From contig CAYPFO010000007.1 in NCBI GenBank assembly GCA_964410065.1, forward strand, positions 4,499 through 68,498: a stretch of DNA of 64,000 nt. The letters run 5' to 3'. Below are positions 9,547 through 18,573 of the stretch, piece by piece. This stretch comes from an uncultured Pseudomonas sp. Lineage in GTDB: Bacteria; Pseudomonadota; Gammaproteobacteria; Pseudomonadales; Pseudomonadaceae. The notes under the pieces are model-generated. The model saw nothing but the letters and a program-made list of their open reading frames with translations. It was not told the DNA's origin and made no database searches. The translations under genes were made by a program, and so were the position numbers. How positions within the stretch are numbered: the first letter of the stretch is position 1; each line of letters opens with the position of its first letter.

Positions 9547-9942
9547 ATGAAATTCCGCTTTCTTCTCTGGATGTTGGGTCGTTTGATGAGCAAGGCAAGC
9601 CGCACCAATCCCGACTTTCAACAGCAATTGGCCGACAAGGAGCTGGTCTTCCAACTGCATACCCTGGATGGCAAGGTCGCCCGCCACTTCATCGTCAAGA
9701 ACCAGCGCGTGGTCAGCAAGCGCGGCCCGGCCGAGCAACCGGCCTTTGCCCTCGGCTTCAAGGATGCGACTTACGGGTACACCACCATGACTGCCAAGAA
9801 CAAACAGTTGGCGTTCATGCAGGGCATTCAGAACAAGGACATCCAGATTCAAGGCAACCCGGCGCTGGTGATGTGGTTTCAGGGGCTGACCAAGTACCTG
9901 ATGCCCAAGAAGAAAAAAAGCGCGGCCAAGAAAGCGGCCTGA
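9547..9942 (+). CDS. SCP2 sterol-binding-like small protein (PA5347-like hypothetical)
   Basis: The track start at 9544 is TTG, and the ATG follows immediately at 9547. It has an SCP2-like core (LVFQLHTLDGKVARHFIVKNQ...IQGNPALVMWFQGL) and a Lys-rich tail. Confidence 0.7.
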   Translation: MKFRFLLWMLGRLMSKASRTNPDFQQQLADKELVFQLHTLDGKVARHFIVKNQRVVSKRGPAEQPAFALGFKDATYGYTTMTAKNKQLAFMQGIQNKDIQIQGNPALVMWFQGLTKYLMPKKKKSAAKKAA

Positions 9943-9954
9943 ACCCGCCGGAAT

Positions 9955-9995
9955 AAAAAACGCCCCGCGGCTCATCTGGCCGCGGGGCGTTTTTG
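9955..9995. terminator. Bidirectional rho-independent terminator
   Basis: AAAAAA-CGCCCCGCGG-loop-CCGCGGGGCG-TTTTT between convergent genes ending at 9942 (+) and 10021 (-). Confidence 0.85.
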
Positions 9996-10020
9996 TATCA
10001 ACAGCGGATGGACTGCGAAC

Positions 10021-11430
10021 TCAGCGCACCTGGGAGATATTGTTGGCCAGCTCCCGCAGGGCAGCTTCAGCCTTCAATACCTTGTCCAGAGCGTGCTCGG
10101 TCTGGCTGTGTTCCAGCCCCAGACGCTGCAGAAGTCCATCGGGAATCGGCTGTTGCGGGCTGGAGCCGATGCCGCGCCCACGCAGGAGGTTGATCGCCAG
10201 ATACACCAGATTCGGGTAGGCGCAATGGGGGCCGGCATACTCCGGGTCATGCTGGAAGCGTAGCGCCGTCACGATCTCATCCGGCATGGCCCAGTCGCGC
10301 ATCATCCAGCTGCCGATCTGCTCGCGGGTAATACCCAGCAGGTGCTGTTCGATATGCCCGTGGGCCAAGTGCGGGTTGGCTTCCTGGTGCTGGCAGATCA
10401 TCGTGAAATGCGGTGGGAAGATATGCGCCAGCAGCAGATAACCGAAGTTGTGCAGCAGACCGCTGAGATAGGCCAGTCCGGTTTCGGGGCGCTGTGCCAG
10501 GGGCATCAGGCGGGTGAGGCCTTCGATCAGCGCCGCGGTATAAATGGCCTGCTGCCAATAAGGCGTGCGCTGCTGCTTCGGGTCGCTGAGCTGGTTCAGG
10601 TGGCGGCCGAGCGCCAGGGACAGCGCCAGGTTGATCACCAGGTCAAAACCCAGCACGCGGATGATTGCATCCTCTACCGAGCGAACCTTCTGGCCCGGCG
10701 CAGCATACAACGGTGAGGCGGCCCAGCGAATAACCTGGGCGGCCAGTGCCGGATCGGTCTCCACTACGCTGGTAATGTCGTCGATGTTCGCTTCGGGGTC
10801 GGCCCGCAACTTGATGATGCGTTGTGCCGTCTGCGCCAGCGGTGGAATTTCCATGGTCTCGCCCAGGCGCTGCTGGATGCGTCGAACCGTAAAATTCTGC
10901 ATGGCCTGGTCGATTTCCACGCTGTCATCGGCGGGACGGGTGAGGTTGAGGCGGATGCTGCTCAATGGCTGGCCGAACAATGCCGGTTTGGCTTTGCCCA
11001 GCAAGAGCTGAAAATCCTCGCGGGAAATATCGAGGAGTAGATTGGGCACGCCGGACTCGATAAGCAGTACCGGTTGTTCGAGCAGCCGCTCATCGTACAG
11101 ACAGGGAGAGCTGGTGATCGCCGGCAGGGCCGGCAGGCTGCTCAGGCCGTGTCGGGTGAGCATACGGCGCAGGCGATCTGGCTTGATGATGTTCAAGGGG
11201 CGTCCGCAGACTTCGCTCAGGCGTTTCAGATCGAGCAGCTGATTGCGCGGGTAGAGGACCAAGACGGCGCCGGCGCTATCTTCGAGTAGCACCGCCTGGA
11301 TCCGTTGGGCGGCTGGTTGACCGGGTTCTTCGACGCGCGTGCGTACGGGTACAGCCAACTTGCGTAGCAGTTGCTGAATAATCAGGGGTGGAGTCAACAA
11401 CTGCTCCTGGGGCGACATGCATTCACTCAT
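10021..11430 (-). CDS. YbaK/aminoacyl-tRNA-deacylase-like domain fused to HDOD domain (PA5346-like)
   Basis: Track ORF trimmed to the ATG at 11428-11430 so that it no longer overlaps recG. The C-terminal half has HDOD features (IDDITSVVETDPALAAQVIRWA, LLHNFGYLLLA). The N-terminal roughly 170 aa resembles the YbaK/EbsC fold. Confidence 0.75.
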   Translation of the reverse strand: MSECMSPQEQLLTPPLIIQQLLRKLAVPVRTRVEEPGQPAAQRIQAVLLEDSAGAVLVLYPRNQLLDLKRLSEVCGRPLNIIKPDRLRRMLTRHGLSSLPALPAITSSPCLYDERLLEQPVLLIESGVPNLLLDISREDFQLLLGKAKPALFGQPLSSIRLNLTRPADDSVEIDQAMQNFTVRRIQQRLGETMEIPPLAQTAQRIIKLRADPEANIDDITSVVETDPALAAQVIRWAASPLYAAPGQKVRSVEDAIIRVLGFDLVINLALSLALGRHLNQLSDPKQQRTPYWQQAIYTAALIEGLTRLMPLAQRPETGLAYLSGLLHNFGYLLLAHIFPPHFTMICQHQEANPHLAHGHIEQHLLGITREQIGSWMMRDWAMPDEIVTALRFQHDPEYAGPHCAYPNLVYLAINLLRGRGIGSSPQQPIPDGLLQRLGLEHSQTEHALDKVLKAEAALRELANNISQVR

Positions 11431-11504
11431 GAAACGGGTCCGCGGTTGTGCCAGGGTTTTCAACCGTATCGGCCGCAAGGCTCGATTCAGTAGGGTTTGG
11501 ATGC

Positions 11505-13580
11505 TTATACCTGGCCATAATGTTGTCCATGGCGCAGCCATCGCTCCAATAGTGGACTGACATGCTGGGGCCAATGGGCCAGCAGCGCCTGGGCCGCATC
11601 GCGCACGGCCGGCAGGAGGTCGGCGTCGCGCATTAAATCGGCGACTTTGAACTGCAAAAGGCCGGTTTGCCGGGTGCCCAGCATTTCGCCCGGGCCGCGC
11701 AGTTCCAGATCTTTTTCGGCGATGACGAAGCCATCGGTGGTTTCGCGCATGATAGCCAGCCGTTCGCGGCCCAATTGCGACAACGGCGCGTGGTAGAGCA
11801 GCACGCAGTGGCTGGCGGCGCTGCCACGACCGACCCGGCCGCGCAGCTGATGCAGCTGAGCAAGACCCAGGCGCTCGGGATTCTCGATGATCATCAGGCT
11901 GGCATTGGGTACGTCGACACCCACTTCGATCACCGTGGTGGCGACCAGTAATTGCAGCTCGCCCCGTTTGAACTCATCCATTAGCGCCGCTTTTTCAGCC
12001 GGCTTCATGCGTCCGTGTACCAATCCGACACGCAGTTCGCCCAGGGCCGACGTGAGTTCCTCAAAACTGGTCTCGGCCGCCTGGCAGGTGAGCTCTTCGG
12101 ACTCTTCGATGAGGGTGCATACCCAGTAGGCCTGACGGCCTTCCAGGCAGGCGGCGCGCACCCGCTCGACGACCTCGATGCGCCGGCTATCGGCGATCAC
12201 CAGGGTATTCACCGGCGTGCGCCCCGGTGGCAGCTCGTCGAGAATCGAGGTGTCCAGGTCGGCGTAGGCGCTCATGGCCAGCGTGCGCGGAATCGGCGTG
12301 GCGGTCATGATCAACTGATGCGGGCAGAGCCGCCCGTCGACGCCCTTCTGGCGCAGCGCCAGACGTTGCTGCACGCCGAAGCGGTGCTGTTCATCGATGA
12401 TGGCCAGGGCCAGGCGCGGGAAACGCACCTCTTCCTGAAACAGCGCGTGGGTGCCGACGACCATGGGCGCACCGTCGGCGATGCGCTCCAAAGCGCTGGC
12501 GCGGGCCTTGCCTTTAAGCTTGCCGGCCAGCCAGGCGACTTCAATGCCGAGCGGCTCCAGCCATTTGCTGAAATTGATAAAGTGCTGTTCGGCGAGAATT
12601 TCGGTGGGTGCCATCAGCGCCACCTGATAACCGGCTTCCAGCGCTTGCAAGGCGGCCAGCGCGGCGACCACGGTCTTGCCTGCGCCCACATCGCCTTGCA
12701 CCAGGCGCAACATGGGTTCTCGCTGGCTCAGGTCGTAAGCGATTTCGGTCCCAACGCGTTGTTGTGCGCCGGTGGGCGAGAACCCCAGGTTCTGCAGAAA
12801 CAGTTGTGGCAGGCGCTTGGCAACTGGCAATGCCGGTGCGGCTTGCGCACGCACCTGCTCGCGCAGGCGCTGCAGCGACAGCTGGTGGGTGAGTAGTTCT
12901 TCGAAGGCTAGGCGGCGCTGAGCCCAGTGCTGGCCCTCGGCGAGTTCGTCCAGGTCCGCGTCCGGTGGCGGGCGATGCAAGTAGCGGATCGCCTCGTCCA
13001 GCGCGCCCAGGCGGTAGTCGCGGGCCAGTTCGAGGGGCAGCCAGTCCGGCAAACTCTGCGGGCCGAGGCGCGCCAAGGCCTGTTCGCTAAGCGTGCGCAG
13101 GCGTTGCTGGGTCAGGCCTTCGGTGCTTGGGTAGATGGGCGTCAGGGTCTGTTCCACTGGCGCGGGTTCATTGCCGCTCAGGGCGCGGTATTCAGGGTGA
13201 TAAATTTCCAGGCCGGTGGCGCCGGGACGCACTTCGCCATAACAGCGCAACGCCGTGCCGCGCTTCATGCCGTCCTTTTGCGCCTGGCTAAAATGGAAAA
13301 AGCGCAGGGACAAGCCGCCGCTGCCGTCATGCAGGCGTACCAATAGGCTGCGTCGTCGGCCCATGACCACGTCGACACCGGCGACCACGCCTTCGATCAC
13401 CGCGTCCTGGCCGGGGCGCAGGGCACCGATCGGAGTAATGCGGGTGCGGTCCTGATAGCGCAGCGGCAGATGGAACAGCACGTCCTGGAGGGTTTCCAGA
13501 CCCACCTTGGCAAGTTTTTCCGCCAGTGCCGCACCCACCCCTTTCAGGGTGGTCACCGGCACCTGGGATAATTCGTTCAT
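11505..13580 (-). CDS. recG: ATP-dependent DNA helicase RecG
   Basis: 691 aa with a wedge domain and superfamily-2 helicase motifs (GDVGAGKT, DEQHRFG, MTATPIPRT, LHQLRGRVGRG). Confidence 0.97.
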   Translation of the reverse strand: MNELSQVPVTTLKGVGAALAEKLAKVGLETLQDVLFHLPLRYQDRTRITPIGALRPGQDAVIEGVVAGVDVVMGRRRSLLVRLHDGSGGLSLRFFHFSQAQKDGMKRGTALRCYGEVRPGATGLEIYHPEYRALSGNEPAPVEQTLTPIYPSTEGLTQQRLRTLSEQALARLGPQSLPDWLPLELARDYRLGALDEAIRYLHRPPPDADLDELAEGQHWAQRRLAFEELLTHQLSLQRLREQVRAQAAPALPVAKRLPQLFLQNLGFSPTGAQQRVGTEIAYDLSQREPMLRLVQGDVGAGKTVVAALAALQALEAGYQVALMAPTEILAEQHFINFSKWLEPLGIEVAWLAGKLKGKARASALERIADGAPMVVGTHALFQEEVRFPRLALAIIDEQHRFGVQQRLALRQKGVDGRLCPHQLIMTATPIPRTLAMSAYADLDTSILDELPPGRTPVNTLVIADSRRIEVVERVRAACLEGRQAYWVCTLIEESEELTCQAAETSFEELTSALGELRVGLVHGRMKPAEKAALMDEFKRGELQLLVATTVIEVGVDVPNASLMIIENPERLGLAQLHQLRGRVGRGSAASHCVLLYHAPLSQLGRERLAIMRETTDGFVIAEKDLELRGPGEMLGTRQTGLLQFKVADLMRDADLLPAVRDAAQALLAHWPQHVSPLLERWLRHGQHYGQV

Positions 13581-14509
13581 GCCGGCTCGGTGGCCGCCGG
13601 ACTGGGCGAACGACTGACCGAGCAGAGGCGAATCGAGTCCATCAGCACTTCGATGGCCTTGGGACGCGGAAAACTGGCCCGCCAGGCGATGGCGACCGTG
13701 CGGTAGGGAACCGGTGGCGTCATCGGGCGGATATCGATCACGCCCGGCGCATAGTGATGACTGTTGACGGCCGACAACGGCAGGACGGAGATACCCAGCC
13801 CCGAGGCGACCATATGGCGGATGGTTTCCAGCGAGCTGGACTCGACCGTGGTGTGATTGGCGGCTTCGCCTCGGCGAGTGGTCGGGCAGGCTTCAAGGAC
13901 CTGATCACGGAAGCAGTGGCCTTCACCCAGCAGCAGCAGACTTTTGTCATTGAGCGCGGAGGCGTCGATGGTTTCTTTCTGGGACCAGGGATGCCCGCTG
14001 GGCATCAGCACGTAAAACGGCTCGTCATACAACGAGCGAGTCAGTACGTCGGCTTCCTGGAAGGGCAGGGCGATGATGATCGCATCCAGTTCCCCGGTGC
14101 GCAGTTTGTCGCGCAGGACATGGGTAAAGTTTTCTTCGATGTACAGCGGCATGTCCGGGGCCACGCGGTGCAGCTGGGGAATCAGGTGCGGGAACAGGTA
14201 CGGGCCAACGGTATAGATAGCGCCTACCTTGAGCGGAGCGGCCAATTGGTTCTTGCCTGCCTGGGCAAGCTCGCGAATGCCTTGGGCCTGTTCGAGCACT
14301 TTTTGCGCCTGGGCCACGATACCTTCGCCGACAGGGGTGACGCGTACCGCGCTCTTGCTGCGTTCGAAAATCAACACGCCCAGTTCGTCTTCAAGCTTTT
14401 TCACGCCTACGGACAACGTGGGCTGGCTGACATGACAGCGTTCGGCGGCGCGGCCGAAATGCTGTTCTTGGGCGAGGGTAACGATATAGCGCAGTTCAGT
14501 GAGGGTCAT
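13577..14509 (-). CDS. oxyR: LysR-family hydrogen peroxide sensor OxyR
   Basis: Trimmed to the ATG at 14507-14509 (MTLTELRYIVTLAQEQHFGRAAERCHVSQPTLS), giving 310 aa. The redox Cys context LLLLGEGHCFRDQ is conserved. There is a 4-nt ATGA overlap with recG, as in other pseudomonads. Confidence 0.9.
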   Translation of the reverse strand: MTLTELRYIVTLAQEQHFGRAAERCHVSQPTLSVGVKKLEDELGVLIFERSKSAVRVTPVGEGIVAQAQKVLEQAQGIRELAQAGKNQLAAPLKVGAIYTVGPYLFPHLIPQLHRVAPDMPLYIEENFTHVLRDKLRTGELDAIIIALPFQEADVLTRSLYDEPFYVLMPSGHPWSQKETIDASALNDKSLLLLGEGHCFRDQVLEACPTTRRGEAANHTTVESSSLETIRHMVASGLGISVLPLSAVNSHHYAPGVIDIRPMTPPVPYRTVAIAWRASFPRPKAIEVLMDSIRLCSVSRSPSPAATEPA

Positions 14510-14687
14510 AGCGAATATCCATTGCAATGACCTTAAGCATAGCCCCTGTCTTGTTTGGAACCAACCGCCGGCGGGCCGCAGGTGGCGCGAAAACGCAGCG
14601 GCAGACGGCTAACAACTGCTGTAGAACGAACTCAGGTCCTGACGGCTGGAACCCATCAGAATGCAAAACGCTTCAGCGTGGCGCTGT

Positions 14688-15467
14688 TTACCCCCGCTCC
14701 AGCGAGTAAACGAATGGCGCAACCACTTCCATACTGCCGTTCTTCAATAGCTCGGGCGGTGGCGGTGGCAGTGGCTGGGCACGGCGGATCATTTGCAAGG
14801 TGGCACGGTCCAGCGAGGGACTGCCGGAGCGACCGACCAGCTCATGGCTGAGAACCTGGCCGCGCGCATCGATCACGAAGCGCACCTGGACTACGCCTTC
14901 CTGGCCGCGCCGCCGAGCATCGTTGGGGTAACGCTTGTAGCGGTTCAGGTGACCGAGCAAGCGGCTCTCCCAGCTCGGCTGTCCCTGGGTAGCCTGGGTA
15001 TTGGCCGAGAGCTGCGACGACGATTCGGGCGCACGGGCCTGTTGGCTCGGCTTGGCCGGCGGCGTTTCCACCGGCGGTGTCGGGGTGGGCTCGGGTTCTG
15101 GCTCTGGCTCGCGTGGCAACGGCTTGGGCTCGGGGGGCTTGGGCTTGGGCGGTTTCGGCTTGGGCTTGGGCTTGGGTTTTGGCGGCGGTGGCAGGGCAAT
15201 TTCCGGCTCGGGCGCCTCGGCCAGCTTGGGCAATTCAGGCTCAGGCTCAGGTTCCGGCTCAGGTTCTTGCGGGCGCGGCGGTGGTGTCGGGCTGGGCGCT
15301 TCGGGAGTCGGCGCCAGCTCCAGCATCATCGCTGGGGGCGGCAAATCGGCCAAGGGCGCAGCCTGAGGCTGCCAGTACAGCGACCAAAGGGCCAGGCCGA
15401 CATGGATGCCGAGTACCAGCAGCAGGCTGAGGCTCCAGTGAGTCAGTTTTCGCGCGCTGCTGCTCAT
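14688..15467 (-). CDS. tonB: Energy transducer TonB
   Basis: N-terminal anchor, (EP)n and (KP)n proline-rich spacer, and a C-terminal TonB domain (YPNDARRRGQEGVVQVRFVID). ATGA overlap with exbD. Confidence 0.92.
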   Translation of the reverse strand: MSSSARKLTHWSLSLLLVLGIHVGLALWSLYWQPQAAPLADLPPPAMMLELAPTPEAPSPTPPPRPQEPEPEPEPEPELPKLAEAPEPEIALPPPPKPKPKPKPKPPKPKPPEPKPLPREPEPEPEPTPTPPVETPPAKPSQQARAPESSSQLSANTQATQGQPSWESRLLGHLNRYKRYPNDARRRGQEGVVQVRFVIDARGQVLSHELVGRSGSPSLDRATLQMIRRAQPLPPPPPELLKNGSMEVVAPFVYSLERG

Positions 15468-15889
15468 TGCTGGCCGACCGTCTCCAGGCCCACCAGGCCA
15501 ATCTTCAGGTAGCCGGCGGCGCGCAGGCCGTCCATGACCTCCATGAGGTTGCCGTAGTCCAGGGCGCTGTCCCCGCGCAGAAAAATCGTGGTGTCTTTTT
15601 TACCCTGGGTGGCGCCGTCCAGCGCCGTGCCCAGTTGCTCAAGGCTGATCTCGTCGTTGCCAAGGAACAGGCTGTGATCTTCCTTGATGCTCAGGTAGAC
15701 CGGTTTGTCCGGGCGCGGCGCGGGTTTGGCGGCAGCAGCCGGCAGGTCAAGCTTGACGTCCACGGTGGCTAGCGGGGCGGCCACCATGAAGATGATCAGC
15801 AGCACCAGCATCACGTCGATGAAAGGCGTTACGTTGATTTCACTGGCTTCGGCGAGATCGTCGTTTCCTTCCTTCAGGTGCAAGCCCAT
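15464..15889 (-). CDS. exbD: Biopolymer transport protein ExbD
   Basis: 141 aa with INVTPFIDVMLVLLIIFMV, the ExbD/TolR signature. It lies between exbB and tonB. Confidence 0.93.
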   Translation of the reverse strand: MGLHLKEGNDDLAEASEINVTPFIDVMLVLLIIFMVAAPLATVDVKLDLPAAAAKPAPRPDKPVYLSIKEDHSLFLGNDEISLEQLGTALDGATQGKKDTTIFLRGDSALDYGNLMEVMDGLRAAGYLKIGLVGLETVGQQ

Positions 15890-15892
15890 GGG

Positions 15893-16885
15893 TTAGCCCA
15901 CCTTGACCACGTGAGGCTGCGGGCTGCGCTCGCCGGAGGATTGATGGTCCTGATCGCGGCTGACCAGCAGCAGGACTTGCGCTGCGGCATCGCCGACCTG
16001 TGCCTTGTAGGCGGCGATCGAGCGAGCGAAAACGTTGTAGATGATCACTGCGGGAATGGCCGCGACCAGGCCCAGGGCGGTGGCCAGCAGTGCTTCGGCG
16101 ATACCCGGAGCCACCACGGCGAGGTTGGTGGTCTGGGTCTTGGCGATACCGATGAAGCTGTTCATGATTCCCCACACGGTGCCGAACAGTCCGATGAACG
16201 GCGATGTCGACCCGATAGTGGCAAGTACACCGGTACCCTGACTCATTTCCCGGCCGCTGGCGGCCACCAGGCGGTCCAGGCGAAAACCGACGCGCTCCTT
16301 GATGCCTTCCTTGTCGGCGTGCTTGCCGGACAGGTTCAACTCGTCCTGGGCATCTTCGATCAGTACGCGAGTAAAGCTGTGTGCTTCACGGGATTGCTCT
16401 GCGGCCTGCTTGAGGCTGCGAGCTTTCTTCATCTCCAGCGCTTCGCGGCGCAGCAGGCGTTTGGCGCGCATCAACTCAAGGCCTTTGGCGATGCCGATGG
16501 TCCAGGTGATGATGGAGGCGAGGATCAAGCCGATCATCACGGCTTTAACGACGATGTCGGCGCCTTGGTACATGCCCCAGGGCGACAGGTCATGACTCAG
16601 GCCGTGGGCCACTTCTGCCGACGGTTGCGGGGTCTCAGCCGGCGCGTCTGGCGAGCCGGCTTGCGCTTCAGACGTGCTGTCGGCGGGCGAGGCGGCATCC
16701 GGGGCCGGTGTGGGCAGAGCCGTTGAAGTCGCTGTGCTTTCCTGCGCGGTCGGGGCGGGCACAGCTGCAGGTTCGGCAAACACCTGGGTTGGCAGGATCA
16801 GCAGGCTGAATACGGCAGCCAGCAAAACGCTCGAGTGGCGTGGGGAGTGAACCCGGGGTTGGGCGCGGAAGAGCGAAGATTTCAT
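15893..16885 (-). CDS. exbB: MotA/TolQ/ExbB proton channel ExbB with long Ala/Pro-rich N-terminal extension
   Basis: Trimmed to the ATG at 16883-16885. It has a signal-like N-terminus, a roughly 90-aa A/P/S/T-rich region, then an ExbB core (GSTSPFIGLFGTVWGIMNSF). Confidence 0.9.
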   Translation of the reverse strand: MKSSLFRAQPRVHSPRHSSVLLAAVFSLLILPTQVFAEPAAVPAPTAQESTATSTALPTPAPDAASPADSTSEAQAGSPDAPAETPQPSAEVAHGLSHDLSPWGMYQGADIVVKAVMIGLILASIITWTIGIAKGLELMRAKRLLRREALEMKKARSLKQAAEQSREAHSFTRVLIEDAQDELNLSGKHADKEGIKERVGFRLDRLVAASGREMSQGTGVLATIGSTSPFIGLFGTVWGIMNSFIGIAKTQTTNLAVVAPGIAEALLATALGLVAAIPAVIIYNVFARSIAAYKAQVGDAAAQVLLLVSRDQDHQSSGERSPQPHVVKVG

Positions 16886-16950
16886 GCGGGCCGGACCTAC
16901 GCGTGAGAGCAAGACAGTTCAGCGCGAGACGCTGAAGCGGAATGGCCGGC

Positions 16951-16978
16951 ATTATTGCAATTAATTCTCGTTCGTCAA
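16951..16978 (-). promoter_or_regulatory. Candidate sigma70 promoter with overlapping Fur box for exbB-exbD-tonB
   Basis: In gene orientation it reads TTGACG-N17-ATAATG. The spacer/-10 contains GAGAATTAATTGCAATAAT (10/19 to GATAATGATAATCATTATC). It forms an AT-rich patch in GC-rich surroundings. Confidence 0.4.
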
Positions 16979-17065
16979 AGGGCTAAATCGATTAGCGGCT
17001 GCGTGGAGTGGCTTGCTATAGCTCGCAATGGCCTAATGTTTCCAGCTTTGTTAATGGAGAAGATT

Positions 17066-17926
17066 ATGACCAATGCCCCTGCTTTGCTGATTGCCGGCTG
17101 TGGCGATATCGGTTCTCGGGTCGGCTTGCGCCTGGCCGCACAGGGCTGGCGCGTGCAGGGTTTGCGGCGTCATGTCGCAGGCTTGCCGTCGGCTATTCAG
17201 CCCCTCGCTGCCGACCTGGCCTCACCGCGCTGCCCAGAGGACTGGCCGAAAACGGCGCCGGATTATGTGTTGTACGCCGTGGCTGCCCAGCAGCGGGATG
17301 AAGCCGGCTATCGCGCCGCCTATGTCGAGGGGCTGCGAAATCTGCTCGGTTGGCTGGAGCAACGTGGTCAGCGGCCGCGGCGACTCTTGTTCGTTTCCAG
17401 TACGGCCGTCTATGGCCAGCAGGCTGGCGAGTGGGTGGATGAACAGTCGCTGTGCGCGCCGAGCGGCTTTAACGGGCAGGTCATGCTCGAGGCCGAGCAA
17501 GTGGCGCTCGGCAGCGGCGTGCCGGCTAGCGTCGTGCGTCTTGCGGGTCTGTACGGTCCGCACAGTCGCATGCTGCTGGATCAAGCGCGTGCCGGGCTGC
17601 GGGTGCAGAGTGAGCCGCCCCTGTTTGCCAATCGCATCCATCGCGACGATGCCGCCGGCTTGCTGGCTTTTTTGCTGCAGGCCGATGCGCAAGGTACGGT
17701 GCTGGACGACTGCTATCTGGGCGTGGACGACGAGCCGGCGGCCTTGCATGAGGTGATGGCCTGGCTGCGCGACCAGTTGGGTGTCCAGCACTGGGCTGAG
17801 CAGGCGTTGGGGCGGCGCGCCGGCAGCAAGCGCTGTAGCAACGCGCGGGCTCGAGCGCTGGGCTGGCGACCGGAGTATCCAAGCTACCGGGAAGGCTATG
17901 CCGCGTTACTGACGCAGGGCGTGTAA
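17066..17926 (+). CDS. NAD(P)-binding SDR/epimerase-family protein
   Basis: Trimmed to the ATG at 17066 (SD GGAGA). It has an N-terminal Rossmann motif LIAGCGDIGSRVG and the length and pattern typical of atypical SDRs. Confidence 0.8.
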   Translation: MTNAPALLIAGCGDIGSRVGLRLAAQGWRVQGLRRHVAGLPSAIQPLAADLASPRCPEDWPKTAPDYVLYAVAAQQRDEAGYRAAYVEGLRNLLGWLEQRGQRPRRLLFVSSTAVYGQQAGEWVDEQSLCAPSGFNGQVMLEAEQVALGSGVPASVVRLAGLYGPHSRMLLDQARAGLRVQSEPPLFANRIHRDDAAGLLAFLLQADAQGTVLDDCYLGVDDEPAALHEVMAWLRDQLGVQHWAEQALGRRAGSKRCSNARARALGWRPEYPSYREGYAALLTQGV

Positions 17927-17951
17927 TTCCAGAAGGATGGTTGTGATGCGT

Positions 17952-17991
17952 GAAGGCCCCCTCCACCGATCAACCGTTGAAGGGGGCCTTC
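17952..17991 (+). terminator. Strong hairpin after the SDR gene
   Basis: GAAGGCCCCCT-N18-AGGGGGCCTTC, 11-bp perfect stem, 26 nt after the stop. No clear T-run. Confidence 0.45.
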
Positions 17992-18067
17992 TCAGCAGGC
18001 TGCGCTGCGCATCAGCCCGAGACGCCACGATCACCTGCAGGCGAAGCCCTGCAGGCAGAGGGCGTGC

Positions 18068-18448
18068 TTATTCGACGACCAGGATGGCGTCCATTTCCAC
18101 CAGCGAACCCTTGGGCAGGCTGTTGATGCCGATGGCGGCGCGGGCCGGATAGGGCTGCTGGAAGTAACGGCCCATGATCTCGTTGAGCTGGCCGAAGTTG
18201 GCCAGGTCGGTCAGGTAGATGTTCAGCTTGACGACGTCGGCCAGCGAGCCGCCGGCGGCTTCGGCAACCGACTTGAGGTTTTCAAAGACCTGCACGGTCT
18301 GCGCTTCGAAGCCCTCGACCAGTTCCATGGTCTTCGGGTCCAGCGGGATCTGCCCGGACATGTAGACGGTGTTGCCGGCCTTGATGGCCTGGGAATAGGT
18401 GCCGATGGCGGCGGGAGCCTTGTCGGAGGTGATGACGGTCTTGCTCAT
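18068..18448 (-). CDS. ridA: RidA/YjgF-family reactive intermediate deaminase
   Basis: The 126-aa product [22 protein letters not shown]...[22 protein letters not shown] is a canonical RidA sequence. AAGGAG SD. Confidence 0.93.
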   Translation of the reverse strand: MSKTVITSDKAPAAIGTYSQAIKAGNTVYMSGQIPLDPKTMELVEGFEAQTVQVFENLKSVAEAAGGSLADVVKLNIYLTDLANFGQLNEIMGRYFQQPYPARAAIGINSLPKGSLVEMDAILVVE

Positions 18449-18469
18449 GGAAATCTCCTTGGTGAAGGC

Positions 18470-18570
18470 AGCTTCAAGCGACGAGCTTAAAGCTGCAAGT
18501 AAAGGCGGTTATCGGGCTGCAGGCTGCACGTAGCTTTTACTTGAGGCTTGCAGCTGGAAGCTTGCCGCTG
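18470..18570. repeat. Intergenic CTTGCAGC/AAGCTTGCCGC-type repeat cluster (copy 1 of 3 loci)
   Basis: AAAGCTGCAAGTAAAGG ... CTTTTACTTGAGGCTTGCAGCTGGAAGCTTGCCGCTG forms imperfect inverted repeats. It shares the CTTGCAGC and AAGCTTGCCGC cores with 47611-47670 and 60731-60767. Confidence 0.6.
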
Positions 18571-18573
18571 ATG

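Noticed and set aside
8980-9975. 331-aa minus-strand ORF covering the HU and SCP2 genes and their spacers
   Set aside because: The plus-strand HU gene is unambiguous and the SCP2-like gene has a good start context. The antisense ORF crosses intergenic DNA only because stops are rare.
14510-14687. Small ORFs (14527-14709, 14555-14851) in and around the tonB-oxyR spacer
   Set aside because: They overlap the tonB 3' end or the oxyR promoter, are Arg/Ala-rich shadow-type sequences and have no start context.
15080-15270. Short tandem repeats (GGCTTG hexamers and CAGGCTCAGGTTC-like units) that could be taken for a VNTR or array
   Set aside because: They encode the (KP)n and (EP)n proline-rich spacer of TonB on the minus strand, an expected feature of the protein.
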